Positions 1 to 11,100 of a stretch of DNA of 64,000 bases are shown piece by piece. This DNA comes from Vicugna vicugna (Eukaryota). The DNA lies in assembly GCA_013265495.1 (NCBI GenBank), contig MU057377.1, positions 248,001 to 312,000 on the forward strand. Direction: 5' to 3'. The translations under genes and the position numbers were made by a program. Every line of letters starts with the position of its first letter. The first letter of the stretch is position 1. The notes below the pieces were generated by a model. It saw nothing but the letters and a program-made list of their open reading frames with translations. It did no database searches and had not been told where the DNA came from.

Positions 1-499
1 AAATCATCACAAGCCCAAAGAACTAGAGGAAGAAAAACCCCCAAACTCTGATTTTTAGATAGCTGCATTCGAGTGAGCTAAGTAATTTGGAATAAATTTC
101 AGAAAGTAATTGGCTTTTTCAGAGAATTATTAAAGTCAACTTAAAAATTCAAGTATATAAACAAATTTAACTCTTACAAGCAAGCACATAAGTCAATAAG
201 TATGTTTAACTCATTGGCTGTTTCCTCTAATCTAACATGAAGGTTTAATGTTAAATTGTCATAGTATATGTTACAAAGGAAAAAAAAGACCCCAGAGAAT
301 ATTGTATCAGTCCCGGGTTTGCCACAGCTCTGCTAAAATCCTCATCGTGTTCAGCAGTGCACGATGTCCCCAGCAGGTTTCTAGAGTGCCCAGGTTAGAA
401 GGGTAACACGCCTTCACTCAGGTGCTGGGGTCATTTAGAGAAGCCCGTTTGTTGTTGTTTACTAGAGTGGACTCCAGGAGACACGTCCTGCTCTCAGTT

Positions 500-870
500 T
501 GCCCCCGGGGGATGCGGGCATCCGGGTGGCTCTTCCCCTCCACGCAGCCTGGCGCCGGGCGGAGCCGGGGCGGGCACTCAGTCCTTGGCCTGGAAGAGCA
601 GTGTGATCACATTTCTTTTTATCTTTTGTAATGGAGGCTGCTTTTAAAGGCCCTGTTTAGAGTTAACTTCCTAGAATGCTTTATAAGGGAATTTCCATCT
701 GACTTTCGAAGTAATGAAAGGAAGAACCCGGAAGCAGGCTTAATGGGCACCTCTTGGGCTCCAAGTGCGACTTGTTATTTCCTTTCCCTGGAGGCGAGGC
801 CGGGTTGCGGTGGCGGCCCCTGGCCCCTGCACGTGACCCGAGGGTCCGTGGGAGTCTCCGCTCTCCTCAA
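500..870. promoter_or_regulatory. CpG-rich intronic enhancer-like element with clustered transcription-factor motifs
   Basis: GC boxes (557-574), TTCCTAGAA STAT-GAS/BCL6 (668-676), GGGAATTTCC NF-kB (687-696), CCGGAAG ETS (728-734), CACGTGAC E-box (830-837). Confidence 0.45.
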
Positions 871-1577
871 CACTTATTCCCAGAGATGGGATTGTTTACA
901 AGAAGGCTTTCTGTTTGTAAGTAAATTAGTAACAGATTCTGCTGTTTTTTGAAATGCAAACTTTAAATACAAAAGCAAAACAAAACGGAAATTTAAAAAA
1001 CTCAAATTTTGATTATATTGGGCCTCCAAACATTTAAAAGATCTTCGTGCTCTTCTGTGGGCTGCGTGGGAGACCGAGCCTCCCGCTGCAGAGAGACCCT
1101 CCGTGGGGCCTCCCAGTGTCTCTGCACCTTGGCCAGTTTAAAGCTGATTTATAGTTTGTTACTCAGTAATTTTAAGTGCTCATGAATTTCCTTGGCTTCC
1201 TCATGGCTTTTCATTTCCACCTAAATTACCTGGTCTTTCCCCTAATGTCTTTTTTCCCCACAGCATCTTAATAATGTACTTCTCTCTCTTCGTACTGTTA
1301 ACGTGTGCATGTATTTTAATGTAAAGACCTGATTTTGGCTTTAAAATTATTTAAAACTGTCCTTCTTGTTTTTTAAGTTCTTGACTTTTCCATATTTGAG
1401 AGACTTTTTTGTGTGCACGATACTCTATTGTGAGCATTGTCACGATACCAGTTCCCAAGTCTTGCTTATGCCTAATGACTTGGTGAACTTCTGAATGAAT
1501 TATGTTCCTAGACACCATCACAGTTAGTCTGATCCAGTTAACAGGAGACATTGGTGTACCTCAGACAGGTTGTTAAT

Positions 1578-1700
1578 TTGTTCATTCATTCATTCATCAA
1601 ATATTGACCAAGCACCTACTATGTGCTGGATTGTGCTAGGAACGGAGTAAACAGGAAAAAACATACACGTTGCTGTCCTGGAACTCATATCCCGTTAGTC
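1578..1700 (-). mobile_element. L2 LINE 3' end fragment
   Basis: ttcattcattcattcatcaaatattgaccaagcacctactatgtgc, the reverse complement of the L2 3' terminus. Confidence 0.8.
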
Positions 1701-2129
1701 TGAAGCCAACCACGTGGCCACACCAAGTCACAGGTGTTGCTGGGAGATGGCTGGGTTAACCCAGCCCGGTTAACCAAGCACCAGTCAAAACTTAGGATTT
1801 CTGTTACCAAAGAGAGAGAGAGTGGTAGACTGACAGCTATCTCTGCCGGTAATGAGCTGAAATGAAGATAATTTTAGCCAAGCTGAGATACCATTCTTAC
1901 CAGTCTACACTCAGATCTGCCTTTTATGGTTCAGCCAAGGTCAACATGTCAAAACATCTGTTTGCAGAGTTGTCCTGAATGGTGAGGATGAGTAAGCCAT
2001 GGAAGGTGGGAAGAGGAGGAACAGCAGATACAAAGGTCCTGCTTGGCAGGAAGTGGAAAGAAGCCCTGAATCTCTGTAGTCAGATGAACAAAAGAGAGGC
2101 TTACGCCAGGCGAGGTGGTGCAGACGGGC

Positions 2130-2620
2130 AGGCAGGCGTGAGATTGTAAAAGAGCTGTGGTCTCGTTGAGGACCTTTGGACTCCATTGGAAACTCATTGG
2201 AGATTTTGAGCAGAGGAATAGCAGCGTGATCCAGTTTGACTTCTAAAACTGTCATCTTGGGTTCTGGGTCCTGAAGACCACTGGGTCTAACGAAGCAGAA
2301 ATGAAGCAGGAGGGTCAGTCAGGGGACTGTCTGAGGTGTCTAGGTGAGAGCTGAGAGCTGCTTGAACTTGATGGTGGCAGGGATCTGGAGGAAAGTGGAC
2401 AGATTTGAAATCTCTGTCAGAGGTCGAACTGATGGGGCTTGCTGATGTCCAGCTTGTGGAAGATGAGACAGGGTGACGTGCAGAGGACGTGGATGAGTGG
2501 GCGTGATACCGGTATTAGAGACGCTGGCAGGACACTGGGCCTGAGGTGCAGTCAGAGCGGTTTTGAGTGTCTTCATTTTCGGATGCCTCTGGAGGGGAAA
2601 GAGCTGTAGATGACACCGTA
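2130..2620 (-). mobile_element. Degraded L2 body fragment
   Basis: Purine-rich L2-like motifs (gattttgagcagaggaata..., gaggaaagtggacagatttga...). Confidence 0.6.
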
Positions 2621-4343
2621 TTTGTTAGGTTTTGATGGGTAATTTAGGCAAAGAAACCATGTCATGATACCCTCTGTGAGTGAATCATATGTTTTTCATT
2701 TAATAAATGTTAAAGGTTACTGCTTTAATCCTTAAATAGAAGCATGCTAGAAAATTATATTAAGAGGGAAGGGTTAATTTTGTTTCTTAAGAAATTGAAC
2801 ATTAGAAGAAGATTAAAGAAGTGTAGGGATTTAATATCTGATTCATATGATAACCATAACATGTTTCATGGAAGAATGAAAGATTTTAACTTTGTGACTT
2901 CTTTCTAGAGCAGATAATTACTTGAAGCAGTAACTTTTCTAAATGTAGGATGTTTCTAGAGTACAGCTTAGTTATGTGAAAGGATATTGAAAAGCATCAC
3001 AGAGGTGTTTCAGGTCATATAAGTTATGCAGATATTTCTGAACATTTATTTTTACCTTCTGTTCTTTACCGTGGGGTTTCTCTTTGTGATCCTAAAAAAT
3101 AAAATTAAAATTTCTAAGCTATAGTGGGCAATTTATTTTTCCTGAAAAGACACATCTAAAAATCAAGTGAGAGGAAAATCAGTTACTTCTCTGAAAACTC
3201 AGCTCCTTTGTGTACCCTCCCTCCCTAACCCCCGGTCGGCATAATTGCTTCATTACTGAGGCTGTGTGCACGTGGCTGGCAGTCTTTTAATTTATACCTG
3301 TTTGCTGTGTTTACTCATGTAATTCCCTCCTTTTATTCAGAGTCACTTGGTGCCAAGAGGGTAAAAGTGGAGAATCGGTAGCAATATAACTCGTGTTGCA
3401 GTGAACTCCCGCTGCGCTCAGACCCAGGGTCTAGTCCCCCCCCCCCCGTGGACGGCTGCTTACAACCTGAATCCTCATTGTATGAAAGGAATTTGAACGT
3501 TTGATAAGAGCAATGAAATGATATTTGTTCTGAAGTTTCTGTTCACTGTTTAACTTTTTTGGGGGTCTAGTAGGGTGCCTAATTAGACTTAAAAAATAGC
3601 TTACTTACAGGCTAAAGAACGTCATAGTGAAATAAAATGTCAGTTTTGAAGTAATCTTTAGCCATTGGAGATTGAAGCTTATTTTCTTAAGAATAAAAAG
3701 AGAAAACAGTTGATACTGTATGATAGGATTGTGTGATGATAGCCATGTGACCAAGGTTTCCGATGCCTTTCTGAATTCAGCTGTATGTGAGTATGAACTT
3801 CAGGATCTCAGAGGAAGAGGTACACTTACTCCATAACTAAACTGGGAAGTTTGGAAATTAAAGCAGCAAATGCTGTTTCCCCAGACCAAGTATTTAAAAA
3901 GTGTGGAAGAGACAGCACCATTCTTACAGATAAAAACTGCTAAAAGCTAATTAGCACTGCAAAGGGCAGTGGTAACTGGTGATAATTTGCTCTGGTGATC
4001 TGAAAGACAGGAAAATGCCAAGGTTGACACAGGCGTTGTCTGTCAGAGCCATATCCTTAGATCCAGAGCTATTAAAAACGTCTCATTTTTTACAGGCCAT
4101 TTTTGAGCACTCGTGGTGCATAGACAAACGGCTCACTCACTTGCCCTTCTGATTTCCGAAAAACAGGAACCACCTCAGATCTACTGCCAGTCGAAGCCTG
4201 CCTAGAGTAGGTCAAGGGAAAACTCTTCATGCTGTTTGTAAAGGCTGAAATGACTTAGAAACAGGCAAAGGGAAAATGTAACCCTATTCCTCGCTAAGCA
4301 GTTCTTTAGCCTGTGTGGAGTGAGACAGGATGCTTGTGCGGGT

Positions 4344-4640
4344 TAGGGCTGTCCAGCAGAAATGCAGCGTGAGCCGCGCCTGCAGTTAAAAACTTGCTAG
4401 TAATCATGTTAAAAGATAAAAAGAAATAGGTGAAACGAATTTTTAATAATATGTTTTATTTAACCCAGTATGTTCAAAGTACTCTCATCATGTAATCAAT
4501 AAAAATTAGGCATTTTTAGCTTTTTTATAGTACTGAGTCTTCAAAGTCCCGTGTATTTTTCACGCTAACACAAGTCTCAGTTCGGACGAGTCGCGTTCCC
4601 CGCGCTTGCGTGTGCGGTGGCTGCCGTGTTAGACAGCGAG
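4344..4640. mobile_element. MER33-like hAT-Charlie MITE with GC-shifted ends
   Basis: Terminal inverted repeats gctgtcca...tagacagc; internal aaagaaataggtgaaacgaatttttaataatatgttttatttaacccag matches recalled MER33. Confidence 0.8.
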
Positions 4641-7022
4641 TTGTGGAGCAGGGCTTTTCCTTTCCTTCCCGTTTTCCGCAGAGCTCTTGAGGGAACTCAG
4701 GACTCATCACTCACCAATTTTGGAAGTGAAGGCTACCTATTTATGACTTGGTTAGGAAAGGCTTGTGCCAGGGTGATTAATATCCTGGATAACTTGCACA
4801 GCCGTCAAGCAGTCCGGGGCTTGGGGTGGCAGAGGCTGCGGGGTGGTCTGACTTGCCTCCAATCTCTGTGAGCATGTGGCACGACCGTCCCAGGGCTTCT
4901 TGATTTGTGGGGGACTGAACTGTCGATTTCGGGTTTTGTAGGAAAATAGCACTCAGAGGCATTTTCTTCTGCAGAGCTACAAGGCATGCCGTTTTGAAAC
5001 GTATTTTCTTATTTTCTAAAGCAAAACGAAAAAATGAGCCAGTCATTTTCTTTTTATAGTACTTTGAAAGACTGGAATCATATTCTTTCCCCCATAAGCC
5101 TTTTTTGGGGGCAGTAATGAAATACATGTATTGACTTTCATTCCTATTGGGTTTTCTTTAAAGGCACTTGAAACTTAAAATAGCAGGATTTAGGATAACG
5201 GGCATTAAGGCAGAAGATTCGTTTTTACATCCTTTAGCTGCGTTTATTTTTGAATATGTGGGTTACGTAAAAATGTGCGTTTATTGAGGTTAGATTTTAA
5301 TAATAAAAACTTCCTCTTAAATGAACCCTGGTTTATGCACTTTGTGGGCTAAATGAATTAGGCTCTAAACTTTTATCTGAATCTGCGGAGCTTGGATATA
5401 AATTGAAAAGATCACAGCTGTGCGGAAAGACCTATACTGCAGAGGCCTTTCTGCATAGATTATGAACATCATAACTCAATAATTTTTTTCAAAACTATGG
5501 TTATAATTGGACCCAATGGGGGTCTCTTTCTTTGATCAGATCACAGTAACTGTGACTTTACACTGGAAAATGTCACTACCGTGAAGGTTTGTCACCTGTA
5601 GAGCTGGCCCTTCCTCTGGTGCTGTGCTCACTTCTCATTAGCATTACTCGAAGTTCAGTTGTTAATTAGGTTGACACTTCAATTACAGTCTTCATCTACA
5701 AGAGAAGTCAGGACTGCCTGTGTAAAGAAGTAGACATATTTCTTCTTGCATGTCTATGTAAAGGAGAAATGACCTTATTTTGTTGTTTGGTAGTGTAAGG
5801 ATGAGACCATGCTCTGATAAGGGGCCATTCCACCCAGAATTTGTCCCATCAGTTTTTTTCTTAAGAAAAAAGAACTTTTACATGACTTCATATCCCCATG
5901 TAAAGCATTGATAAGGAATGTATATGAGCATTGATAGTATTTTTTAAGTATACAGAGGGTAGTTTTTTTATTATGTGTGAAAGGAATTGGTTAAATGACT
6001 TGGATGCATAGGAACATATCACATCACCTCCCCCTTAAAAATAAGAGTTATACTTCGGGAGTCTGATGACATTTAGAAAATATTCATCTAAGTAAAGTCT
6101 ATCCATAAATAATACACGTTCTCTAAAGTACACGGAACCTGAAGTTAAAGGATGGAAATGTATGAGAAAGTATAACAAATTTAGGTGCCTTTTAAAATTA
6201 TGCAGATTCCTAGATAATAAGTTTTTCTTTGATTTAAAAACATTAACGTATTAATATGAGTACTGGTTCATAAAGCAATAACATTGATTTCAAATCCTGC
6301 ATGTGGTTGTGGGAAAAACTGGACAGAACTGGATTGAAATCTCAGTTTTTCCACTTAGTAGCACGTATTGAAGGCAAATTGATTCACATGTTTGAGCCCC
6401 TATTTCTTCATTTGTAAACATGAGTACCTTTCGTGGAGACTGGAGATGAGATGGGGCAGTGTGTGAGTGCAGAACGCAATTCTCTGCCCTTGGTAGGTTC
6501 TCTGTACCTTAACCTCTCTCCCCTCTTCTCCCCTAATAATGGTGAAAACTATTCCAACAAATGATGGGAAAATTGCATATACAAATGAGGCTTCCAAAAG
6601 TAAAATTAAATAGTAAGTGATCCTGGAGGACCTGTAACGAATAACCTTACGTAGCAGAAATGAACGACACCCAGCCGGCTTCATCCCAAAACAAGGAGAC
6701 GCGTGTTGTAATTGCTAAAAATCTGCGGGAAGGTGGCTCCCAAGCAGTTTACTGTAAAATAATTAAAGCTTATTTATGTCAAGAGGCCTTGGGAAAAAAG
6801 AGCGCATAAACCAATTTGCATTAGCACATTACCGTGGGCCCCTGCCTTCCTTTCAATTAACAGAGCAGCAGGTGCCCTCCGCGGAGGCAGAGATAAGCTC
6901 CCAGGGAGGAGGATGAGGTTCGGGCTGACCTGCAGACACTGCGGTGTGCCTCCTGATTGGGTTCGTACCTCGCTGTACCAATTTCCGAGGTGTTAATTTA
7001 ACTGTTCCTCTCCGTCACGCAG

Positions 7023-7148
7023 GTCTCGGCCCTGAAAAACAAACTGAAGAAGCAGTCCACAGCTACGGGAGATGGAGTGGCCAGGGCCTTCCTCAGGGCT
7101 CAGGCTGCTTTGTTTGGATCCTACAGAGATGCACTGAGATACAAACCT
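7023..7148 (+). CDS. DENND1B: DENND1B coding exon (DENN module): VSALKNKLKKQSTATGDGVARAFLRAQAALFGSYRDALRYKP
   Basis: Acceptor tcacgcAG|GTC, donor CCT|GTaagc; 126 nt, phase 0-0. Confidence 0.96.
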
Positions 7149-7899
7149 GTAAGCGCTCTATTTCATCACTTCTTGAGTTTGCTTTTTGTGATTCTTTGGA
7201 ATGGGCAGAGAAAGAAGCGGCTTAATAGCACACCCTTTAAAAAGTATCATGAAGATTTTTAAAATCCCACGTAATATGCTGTGAAACATTACCTTGCATC
7301 TCCAGTTTCTTGACTCCTGGTTTGAGTTCTTTCAAGCAATCTTCAGTTAGTGTTTCCCATATTCTTTCCCATATCACCTTGTTTGTGGTGCTAAAGTTGG
7401 AATACTTACCTCTTCACTAATTAATGAATGGCGCTAATGCATTTTAGAGTAACTCTGCTCAATCTTGTTAAGGTTGTTAAGAAATTAGCCAGATGATTGG
7501 GTTTATTAGATTAGAGTTTAGAAATGACAAATGTAACACAGAAGTTTAAAAACATTAGCAATCGAAAATTTTGCAGTATTTGGACCTTTATTGTCTTGCT
7601 AATTCATAAGCCTTTTCTAAGTGGGCTTGTCTAAGGAGCATATCCTAGCTCATCTTGCCATTGCTTTTTTGTTTTAATACCCCCCAAATGATTATTACGT
7701 AGAATTGTAGCCAAGTAGTTAGATAGTCCAGAAAGGTATAAATCAAAATATATTTGTTTCTCTCTCTGAACTGCTGGTAAAGTATGTGAGTCTGATTTTA
7801 TGAAGGTGATTCCAAGGCCCTTTCATGACCAGATGAATAAGTTGCAATGGATTAAAAATACTGAATTAGTAATAAGTCTTAAGGCCTGTTATCACATGG

Positions 7900-8080
7900 G
7901 GATTTCATCACCAGTGAGCTGTGTGACCCCAGCCCGTCTCCTTAGTCTCGAGGCGTCCGTCTTCTACTTTGTGAAAGGAGAACTCTCGTACCTTCCCTGT
8001 CTGCCTCTCAGGATTGCTGTGAGTCCTGCCGTAAACTGTGGAGCGCTGAGTACGTGTGAACGGGTGAGACGCTTTCTAAA
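7900..8080 (+). mobile_element. MIR SINE
   Basis: agctgtgtgacccc...cttctactttgtgaaagg...tacct...ctcaggattgctgtgag core. Confidence 0.6.
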
Positions 8081-9944
8081 CTGACTTCCATATCAGCAGC
8101 TCCCTCCCAGTGGCTTCTCTTCTGTTGCTGAGGAGTAATGAGCTATCAGGACAAACCCTCAGACTGACGGGCTCCTGTCTCTAGAAAAGTACACATGTCT
8201 AATCTGCATGCTGATCTTTTTGAAACGTGTACATTTAAAAAACATGATCTGGAACTCGTAGGACTGCACATAGTATGCGTTTCTCACATGGGGGAGTCTC
8301 CAAAAATTTTTACAGTTACAGGGTCTCATTCTTTGAAAGACTGGAAACCAGTCACCCATCCTGCAGTAGGTCATAGTCATCAAAGCTGTTGAACGTCCAT
8401 TGAAACAAGAATGAGTCTGAAAGACAAAATCAGTGATTGATTTTAGTTACCAAATTTTGAGGAAGAGAGGTTGGTTTTAAGTGTACAGTACAGGAAGAAA
8501 GTTTAAAGTATCACTTTGATTGAATTTTGCCACATTTAAATAATTATTGACTTTATTGGCTACTTTTTTCTTTCCCTTTTTAAATTTGCAAAAGCCTTTC
8601 GATTTGGGAAGAGTGTACTGATGGGAAAATTTTTATAAATGATTTAAATGATTGGTGTTAAGTGCCGGTTAAGATTATAAAAATATCCCATCTTTAACAT
8701 TTATTACTGTAGTTTTTGTGGCTTAATTTTCTCCCTGTTTGAGCTTAATTGAGCAGATAGGAGTGCAAGATTTCAATGACTTTGACTTCTTTTTAAACAT
8801 CTTTCAGAGCCAGAGTCTCAGTCTCTGTGGGAAAAGATATAATTTTGTCAGAGACTAGCTCTCCTGTTTGTTGCTCACATCTTATCAATGTATTGGCTAA
8901 CTTACTTACATTTTTCCTTTTTGTGCTTGATGTTTTCTTCTTCCTTTTTGACTGCTGGTCCTTTCTGGGAGTTAGGGCACAGTACTTTCGTCCCGTATGC
9001 ATCCATGTTTCTTTTGACTCAGCTTTGAATGAAAGCTCAAGTTTTAAAAAGTATACTGAATGTATTTAGACATTTTTTTCTATATATTTTCAAAATAAAT
9101 CATTTTGAAGGAGAATTATTTATGTATTGTATATAAAATATATTGTAGACAAAACGTGCTGCTGTTTTAGGCGTGATCTTTGCAGATTACCCTGATTCTT
9201 CTTTACTGACAGCATGTTTGCTTTTTGTTCTGTGCACTCTTTTTGGACGTTTATCTAGTAGACATGTATCTTTGGTATGTTTTCTAATTGATCTGGAGGA
9301 AGGAAGCCAAGTTTAGAAGTCATGATGATTTCGTGGTTTTGTCTCTTTTCCCCACGAGTGCACTCCAGTCGCATCCCGTAGCTCCTGGACGACGGCTGGA
9401 AGGGGCAGGGCTACAAAGTAGCTTTAAATTATACGAATTTTTTAACTAGACATTACTTTTCAACATGTCATGATTGTTTAGACACGTATAAAAATGAGCC
9501 ACTGCTTCCCTGCGTTTGACAGAACTGCACCTGTCGGTGAGGTCTGTGACGGACCAGCCCCAGGGCCCTCCCTCCTCCTGCCAGGCAGGGCCCTTACGAT
9601 GGGCAGGCCGTCCGTCTGCTTTTACTTTTTTTCCTAATCTTTGACCTCAATTTAGAGAATTCTGCCGGAGGCTCCAAATGCCCAGGCTCCCCAGGCTCCC
9701 AGACCCTTGGTTCGCATGTTCTTTCTTCCTGTCTGTGCTCTTATCGTTCTGGCTTCAGCGGCATCTGGTCTCTCCCTGGTCTTTGAGGCTGTAGTTCATA
9801 CAGACCCCTTCTTTCTATGGATTGATTAGGTTTACTTCCTTTAACACATTCCTCTTCCTTTTTTATATGTTATTTATTATAGTTCTTATGTTATTATTTT
9901 TGCTGATATTAATGATTTATCCACTGTTATTAAAACGATAAAAA

Positions 9945-10145
9945 CAATTAGTAACAATAACAACTGGAAGCCCACTGGGTACCAGGCACTGAGGGGCCCT
10001 TTAAATAAACTCTCTCATTTGATCTTTACAAGCCTTCAAAATATTACCCTTTTCATTTTAAGGACAAGAAAACTGATGCTTATAGACTTTAAAAAACTTG
10101 AATAAGTTTCCCAGCTAGTGACCTGTGGGGTCTGGGTCTGGATCC
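9945..10145 (-). mobile_element. MIR SINE
   Basis: ccaggcactg...ctcatttgatctttaca...cattttaaggacaagaaaactgatgct. Confidence 0.65.
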
Positions 10146-10869
10146 GTTCCGTCCACAGGCCTGCTCTTGCTCTGTGTGGAGTGGTCCCCCTCCATTCAGC
10201 CCTGTTGGCCTATCACATGCTCCTTGAGGTAAGTGTTCTGGACATGCATGTCTTCTAAATGAAGATGCAGGAAGACACGCAGTGTATGTTTATGTACAGA
10301 CTGACCAAACGATACAAAATCTTAGGAACTCTCTCAAAAGGAGCACCTGGTGTAGACGTCTCACCGTGTGTGTGTAAACTGGGGAGGCTGTTGTTCCTGC
10401 TGTAAGTTCCATGCGTAGCTTTGTCTCCTGGGGTGACCGCCACCACTCAGACCACTGCCCTCTTCTGTCCGGTCCCCTGTGGTGGCACCAGGGAGCCAGT
10501 CGGATGTCGACTGGGAGGGAAGCCCCTCAGGATGATCTGAATATTCATTTTCAAATACACCTGCTAAATACTGCCGAAGAGTAACTTATTTTATAAAATA
10601 AGCACTTAGGACGTCTGAGTGGCCACTCCTAACACGCTGCTTTTCTCATAGTGCCCAGTCTACACTCTCTGAGTGACACGCCGGCACGACTGACAAATCA
10701 GTTGTACCTGCTCGTAATTACAGAGAAAATGACAAAACTCCTTAAAGTTTCTGGAAAGTGATTTAAATAAAACAATTCTGCTGCTTTTGGATTTTAGCCA
10801 GCAGCAAGTTAGCTACGTTTTAAAAATTCAAAAATGGAAGATCAAACTAATGTGCTAAATAAATTGAAG

Positions 10870-11100
10870 GACAGTGATAAGGGTGCAGACCCTGAAACCA
10901 GATCGCTTGGGTCTGACTCCTCATTCTGTGACAGTGGACGACTTTCGGCAGGTTACCCTCTTAGTGCTTTAGTTTCCTCACATGTTAAAAAAAAAAGGGG
11001 GTAATAATACTTCTTGGGTTATTTAGAGGATAAAATGAGTTCATATATGTAAGCTACTTAGAACAGTGCCTGGCATATAGGTAACGCTCTCTGTATTAGC
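10870..11100 (+). mobile_element. MIR SINE
   Basis: tttagtttcctcacatgttaaaa...ggggtaataatac...gaggataaaatgagttcatatatgtaagctacttagaacagtgcctggcata. Confidence 0.8.
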
